A stretch of 64,000 nucleotides of DNA from Botryllus schlosseri (Eukaryota): positions 29,884,001 to 29,948,000 of the forward strand of contig CM119377.1 of assembly GCA_051294905.1 (NCBI GenBank), written 5' to 3'. The translations under genes were made by a program, and so were the position numbers. Positions 57,468-64,000 of this stretch are shown piece by piece; positions within the stretch are counted from its first letter, which is position 1; each line of letters starts with the position of its first letter. The notes beneath the pieces are model-generated. The model was not told the DNA's origin. It did no database searches and saw nothing but the letters and a program-made list of their open reading frames with translations.

Positions 57468-59726
57468 TAGGGTTGTTAAAAATAAAACTTTCGTTTTCCA
57501 AATTTCACTCGCTTAGTGATACAATTGTCAGGATGCCTAAAAAATGCTACACACCAAATTTGGGTCAATTAAGACCAGTAACGGCCGTGCAATCTTAAAT
57601 TGAAATTTCGGCCATTTTTGAATTTATAGTAATTACGGTGAAAAATTTCGACACTTCGATACGACCAATTATCGTGTTCCAGGCATGCCTGAAGGGAAAG
57701 TGGTGCTTTTTACACGTGTTTACATCTTGATACTGGGCTGTGATAGAGTTGAGATAATGAAATTGCTAATTAATGAAAAAATAATTTGACGCGGATTTTC
57801 CGGAAATAAGTCAATGAAATTGAATTAATCTCGTTAAAAAGATGGGGATATATATTAGCAAGTAAAATAATTTTAAGGCTGAAATCGGGCATCATGAAGA
57901 GAAAATGAACAGGCGCACAGGTAAAATACAGCAAAATATATTACCCAGGTTAATATCGATACCCGAAAGTATCTTTTGACGTGCCGATGTAGATTTGACG
58001 ACGTTTTGGCTGTTTTCTTTACAATGCGTTGAGATATTTGCTTTTCAGGACTCCTATATACCTCACACGAGGCGAATTACGAACGCTGAGGCATTAATTT
58101 CGAATTCTAGCAGATCTGCATCATCATAGGCCAAGTACCGTAGTGAACTAGCGCCACCTAATGATGGGATGTTTGAGTCATGTTACCAGATGGTTGATAA
58201 TAATGATGACATATCTTCCTCATATCAATAATTCTTTTGAACCACTTCATATCATCCTCGGGATTTGGTGGTGAAAAAAGACCCGATGAAAGAAAAAGCA
58301 CACGCAAGGAATGGAAAGAGTTAGAACGAGCCGCAGCATAAAGATCAACATTGAAAATGAACTGTGACATTGGACACTAGGCCAAAGTGGATGTCAGTTA
58401 AGAGACCGCAACTGCGCGTCGTTCGGCATCCCCCATTACATCACATGGTGTCTTATGGCATTGTGTGTGTCTTGAACGGATGAAAATATAACCTCCAGAT
58501 TATTGATCATTGTCTTTCCATACAATTGTCTTCATTTAGCCTAGTAATAGTAAAATACGACAATGCGATTTATTGCGGAGTGCTGTTATCCGCTAGTTCA
58601 TTTGCTCTGATTGTGTGAAATTCACACATGTGCGACAAAAGTTATCGCGTCTAGTCTGGGAAATATATTTTACTGCATTTTCATCATCATCATTGGTTTA
58701 TTAGCAGTTTTATCAGTTCAATACACCACAAAAATGCGATACAATGAATAGACAGGAAGATGTCGAAGCGACTTGGATTTGTCTATGGAATCAGACACCC
58801 ACCTTGGCCTAGGCGATGTAATGAGGAGGCATGCACACTGAATGAAATTAAAGAAGACAGGATAGAAAAAGAAAGCGACAAGAATAGGGCGGCATGTCAT
58901 GGGAAGCGAGATCGATAGGTCAGTCGTGGTCCGGTAATCTTGAGGATGGACTGTATTTATTTAATAGTAATTGCTTGTATTTCGACTTGAATGTGGACAG
59001 CATGCTCGTCGACTGTCGGATGGCCGGCGGGATACTGTTCCACACATCAGGTCGGGCATATTTTATAGAGCGATGATATTTTCGGATCATATGATATTTG
59101 GACGACGTGGACGCGCGTGTGTTGTACTTGTGCGCTTTTGATTCCGAGGTAAAGAAGTCATTGAAATATTCGGGGCAACGACCGCAGTGGAACTGATACA
59201 TAAACTTGGCGATTTCTAGTTTCCGCATATCTTCTATGTTTAGGAAGCCGAATCTCTTCAGCAGCGACTTGTTGGATGGGCATTTTACCTGCTCGACAAT
59301 TCATTTTCTCTTATGCTCCCGAATTTCGGTGCAGAAAGGATTCATATGCGATGTATATCACTATTGTTTTCACCGGGCTCTTTCAATGTAGTTCCAGCTT
59401 ATCAGTGTCATATTCATTTTTCATAGCAATTTCATCATCCAAACTCGAATGCAGGCATTTATAAAGATGTAAACACGTGTATAAAGCATCAGCTTCCCTT
59501 CAGACATGCGCCTGGAACACGATATTTAGTCATATATCGTAGTGTCGGAATTTTTCACCGTAAATTCTATAAATTCAGAAATGTTCGAAATTTCAATTCC
59601 TGATTGCACGGCCTTTACTGGTCGGAATTGACTGAAATTTGTTGTGTAGCGGTTTTTCAGGCATCCTGACAATTTAATCATGAAGCGATTAAAATTTGGA
59701 AAACAAGTTATTTTTGAATAACCCTA
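57468..59726. mobile_element. MITE-like element with ~260-bp diverged inverted repeats, nested in the 57204-61033 element
   Basis: 57468-57728 mirrors 59463-59726; TAGGGTT termini; possible TSD AAGTACAC / ATGTTCAC (6/8). Confidence 0.6.
58682..59330 (-). mobile_element. L2/Crack-type LINE 3' fragment (ORF2 C-terminus plus 3' UTR and TGA tail)
   Basis: KFMY...P.YF..FF...H.YNTR...RSIKY..P.VWNS.P..I...FK.KYK..LL is the typical L2-group ORF2 end. Confidence 0.8.
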
Positions 59727-62261
59727 ATGTTCACATGATACAGTATTAAAACAGTGTCGTGACGATTTTATACTGGTACTGCACTCGTTATAATATCAAG
59801 CCATACAGTCCAATTTTGAAATGGCTCGATTTGTTTAAACGTAACTGGAGAAAATGAGCGCATGCCGCGACCTTATCGGCAGAAATCCAATTTTTACCAA
59901 ATATACCCAATGGCATTGAATTTTGATATTGGTTGGTTGGTCCGTCCGTCCGTCCGTCGTCTATCCAGTTTAGTGGAATATAGAAGGTTCCTCTTCAGAC
60001 GAATCGACTAAACTCAAAATTATTTCCACTGAGAATCTGGTGGTGCATCAATATTTGAGAACTTAATTCAACGCCGTACCCTTGTACATTGTACAATTCC
60101 GTAACTTCAAGTTCGCAAGTGACATTGCATGCGCGACAATTCAAGAATACGAGTGTATCAAGCAGATAAGAATGAGTACACATTATTGATGATTACAAAT
60201 TGGAAAACGCGCATCCAATTACTAACTGCCCTCTTATATTCAACACCGGGGCAGGGTTCGGACACCGCATTGACGACCTAACATCGCGGCAATTGTATGC
60301 GGACTATAATAGCGATCTGGGCAGCTTCGATGCATTTCTCTATTTACGTTCGCAAATCGTTACTGGAGTAAACGATCATGCGCTGGGATGAATTTCAATT
60401 TTTAGGCAAAAACGATAACACACTGTCCAATTTGGCGCTATACGATCAGAAAACCATCAGCGGCAAACGTGCATTCGCTCGTCTCTTTCAGAAAGGAGAC
60501 AATGCTTCTCGCGCCTCTAAATCAACATTTGCAGCAAGGTCATGTTTATATCCTATGGCGTCGCTTATATATTCGTCTCATTACTAATAAACTATATTGC
60601 TCAGCTCACATAAGCATCGATCCCGTTTTGTGACATGCATGGTTTTTATTATTTTTCGAACCACACAATTGGTCATCGGTGCTGCGCTGATGACGAAATT
60701 GAGGATATACCTATAATACAATGATTACGGAGTAAGCGCGGCAAATCCAGCCTACCCAGGTTTTGTGCCTATGGATGAACATGGTTACTGATTAGTTAGA
60801 GAACATGGTGCCAACGAGACAACAATTCCTAATATTTTGAACAATTATCGTAAAATTATGTGAATTCAGCAATCAGTAAAAGCATGGCATCTTATGAAAT
60901 ACATCGGAGCTGGAGCTACTGTTTATGCAACCGGCGTCAGCTCTAGCTCTACTTGAATTTTATGTAGTTCTCCGGCTCCAGCTCCGTCTCCGCAGAAAAT
61001 GCACGGCTCCAGGGGTCCAGCTCCAAAGCCCTGTTGGTAAGGACAGGCAATTTCTACACGAGAATATAAGAAATTATCTTTTGTTGTACTACAAAAAATG
61101 TTAATTATTTCTACCGTACTGCGTAATGTGACTAGGCCTACTGGAATTCTTCATAGGGCCAGATTTCAGTAAAATAAATGTAGCGGTGGATGCAACGACT
61201 TGTTGCAAGACACGCTGGTACAGTGCTTGATTGGGGTCGATGCTACTATAGATAACTAACCTACGGATAGATACGCAACCCCCGTCACGCTTGCTTGCCC
61301 GGAGGCAATTATTGCTCGGCAATCTGAACGCAAAATAATTGCTAATCCCATAGCTGACGACCCGCGCGCTTAAATTCAGTAAAGTTGATCTTATTTGAAA
61401 GCTACTGCGGCACTGATTCCGAAAATATACATTAAAATCTAATCAGGGCAATGGAACCCTCCTTGAAATACACCTCAAAGTCTGAAAATGGGCATTGTTC
61501 TGAAGCTATATAAACAGTGGTTCCCAACGTGGGCGATATCGCCCATAAGTAGGCGATTTTGAGAAACAAATAGGCGAAAATACCCCCAATAGGGGGCGAA
61601 AATGTTAGAATGTCCTGTAATATTTATTTCATTATTACAGCCAAAAAGCACGTCAGGACGACCGGGGGAGTTGACACCGGTTTTCCGAGGACCTACCACC
61701 TCGGAAAAAATGCCCTTTTTTAGTCACCAGCGATCAGAGTTAGGAGAATAAATTTCCCGTTTTTATGTCCCTTTTTCAAGTCCATGAATACAGGGGACGA
61801 AAATTTGGAACGAGCTAGACAAGGGGGCGATTGCATTGCGCTTTCTCGTAACCGGACATTTTCAACTGTACTATTGGGACTGCAGCAATTAGAGCTTATT
61901 GTATTTGATGATCTGTATAAAAGTACAGCTAACCAATCGTCTTGGTGCTCGGCTATACAATACTTATCTCGAGAAGCTGTTGCCTTGGGTGAAGTTATTC
62001 GTAACAGATATATGCTCAATACAATCGGTTTTTTCAGAACGTTGCAGTAGTTGCGTATAGAGTCTCATAATCAAAAGTAATCTCTAACACGTGTTACATA
62101 CACTTATATATAGTGTCAAGACATCACAACAAGAAGTAGTTTCTTAGAGACATAGACATAGCGGAATATCATGGACGAGTGATCACAGCTGGATAGCTAC
62201 AGGACCTTGCTGGCGCATCTCGGCATGCGGCACGTATTTCGGTTCGGTTTATTCGCAATTT

Positions 62262-62700
62262 TTATCAGTTCAATACACTACAAAATTGCGATACAATGAA
62301 AAGATTGGTAAGTGTCGAAACGACTTCGAGTAGTCTTTGGAATCAATCAGACCCCCACCTTGGCCTAGCCTAGGCGATGTAAAGACGACGGAGAGAGAGA
62401 GAGAGAGATATGATATTCTTTTTCGCCTGCACCATCGAGATGCTTCGACGACGGAGTTGCGATACGGCCCCATGAGGTCATCTAGTCTGCGCCCCCGTTT
62501 TTTTCTCCTCCATGCTATCCGTGATTGCTGAGCGCCTAGCAGGATAGCTGCGGATACCAATTTTCGAGTCTTTGGTATGACCCGGCCGGGGATCGAACCC
62601 ACGACTTACCGCTCGAGAAGCCGGACGCATAACCATTACACTATCTCGCTCGGTGCACATTGCACACTGAATGAAAAGTGATAAAAGAAGATAGTATAGA
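62262..62700 (-). mobile_element. LINE 3' UTR copy interrupted by a SINE
   Basis: Same sequence as 10945-11120, broken at 62391-62654. Confidence 0.65.
62391..62654 (-). mobile_element. tRNA-derived SINE, second copy
   Basis: Near-identical reverse complement of 10307-10570. Confidence 0.85.
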
Positions 62701-62970
62701 ATTATATATATTATTATATATATATATATCATATTATTATATAGGATTTGGCATTTATGTCGCTTTCGTGTCAAAATAATGCAAGATGCAGTGATGCAGA
62801 AAAAATCAGAATGAATGTCCGTGATAGGTTGCCATGCTAACCACCGTAGTAAACAAACTTTGCTTTGACAATGCGACAGCAAGATGTGTGCTTTTTATGC
62901 CGTTGTTTCATTGGAAAACTACGGTAATTCATTACCCTATTGCAGCTTAAATGCGTAGTGCTGTGTAGTT

Positions 62971-62974
<4 letters not shown>

Positions 62975-63004
<30 letters not shown>

Positions 63005-63013
63005 CATACATAC
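62975..63013 (+). repeat. (TACA)n microsatellite
   Basis: Direct reading of sequence. Confidence 0.9.
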
Positions 63014-63069
63014 TTAGTTCTATAAGCACGGCATCACGGACTGGTGCCGTAATTATTACTGTAGCATGG

Positions 63070-63500
63070 ATATTGGATATGCTTGATGACAGTTCAGACG
63101 ACGAGAGTACAATGGCTGTGACAAGGCATCACTTGGCAGACATACATATCAGATCCATTCCAAATATACGCAGCTAAGGAATTTGGTCACCGATGCAGAT
63201 TTTTGAATGGAACTACATTGATTCTATTGAACATCATTAAATACAGTCCATGGTTGAATGTACGGTGCCACACTTTGCGCCCATGATGCAATTATTCTGC
63301 GGACTGCGAATTTTTGCGACGATCAACTTGCAACGAATACCATACATTCTGGCTTGTTTGGCATCAGCCAGACAACTGCACGTCAAAGCATCCACTGCAC
63401 TGAAGTTCCCAATGTCATCAGTTGCATTCATGGTACCGATATTTCGACAACATAACTAATGTCAGGAAGCATTCACGACTATTTTCAAATTACAAATACG
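63070..63500 (+). pseudogene. Decayed PIF/Harbinger transposase fragment
   Basis: LFGISQTTA and PNVISCIHGTDI resemble the Harbinger motifs xFGISQSTV and FPNVIGCIDGTHI; acidic DSSDDE N-terminus. Confidence 0.6.
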
Positions 63501-64000
63501 AGCTCGATCAGAAGAACTACATTGATATTATGTTGGATGAAAGAGGCTATACCTGATGACTTCGTTAACAAATCCACCCTCTGCTAAAGAAGAAAAATAC
63601 AACTATTATTGAAAGAAGTGTGTGCCGGTGGAGGGATGTTTCGACAATCTCAAACAGTGCTTCCGTATGCTGTTAAATCACATGCGAAATGAAAATACCA
63701 TTTCAGAAATCACTGCAGTGTCACTACCAAAACCAATCTGCCAGTTCCTGGTATTGACGTCACCCTCAAGGAAGCTACGTAGGTTAATGTGTGAAGTTGG
63801 ATCCGCGCTTACGCAAGAACTTATTCTGAAATTCTGATCAATACATACTTCTGATCATGTTTATTGGAAAAGTAGATGACGGTAATAATTTGCTGCTATA
63901 TCACAATAAAAAATGAAGAAACAATTTTGCATGACATGGCATAACGGTAGAATGGAAGAATCAACTCAAAATTTACGCTGCATATAATTAATAAGGAAAG

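Larger units (their letters stand above)
57204..61033. mobile_element. 3.8-kb non-autonomous hAT element (GGAGCTGGAGC-motif family) with nested insertions
   Basis: 14-bp TIR CAGGGCTTTGGAGC; perfect 8-bp TSD TTGGTAAG (57196-57203, 61034-61041). Confidence 0.88.
56973..61104 (+). pseudogene. C-terminal remnant of a hAT-type transposase split by the 57204-61033 insertion
   Basis: YPQL..CQPTTAAAVERTF*ILGMLLGK|DRQFLHENIRNYLLLYY reads across the removed insertion; PTxAxVERxF is a hAT C-terminal motif. Confidence 0.6.

Overview
Animal genomic DNA, probably a marine invertebrate (inference from the repeat content). The window is dominated by a 39-kb nest of three Maverick/Polinton (adintovirus-like) elements. 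The outer element A (17531-56615; AGTAGT termini, ~405-bp TIRs, GACGTG 6-bp TSD) has its core genes on the minus strand and is decayed. Two further AGTAGT-ended elements with their own 6-bp TSDs sit inside A's virion genes. B (19974-27740) has 1.4-kb TIRs, no recognisable core gene, and splits A's major capsid gene. C (28524-46151) is a near-complete Maverick in the opposite orientation and splits a minimal minor-capsid gene of A. Removing B or C restores an in-frame gene in each case. C carries pPolB, ATPase (broken), integrase, two pentons, MCP, protease, a BIR/IAP gene and a small gene whose amphipathic C-terminus appears to need splicing of a 51-nt intron. A carries three penton paralogues and an RPA-like tandem OB-fold gene, has a hAT MITE in its polB, and has lost its ATPase and integrase core. 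The host flanks contain hAT MITEs, L2-type LINE 3' ends, tRNA-derived SINEs, a G-rich minisatellite and hAT and Harbinger transposase remnants. No intact host gene was recognised. All alignments and identities were done by eye.
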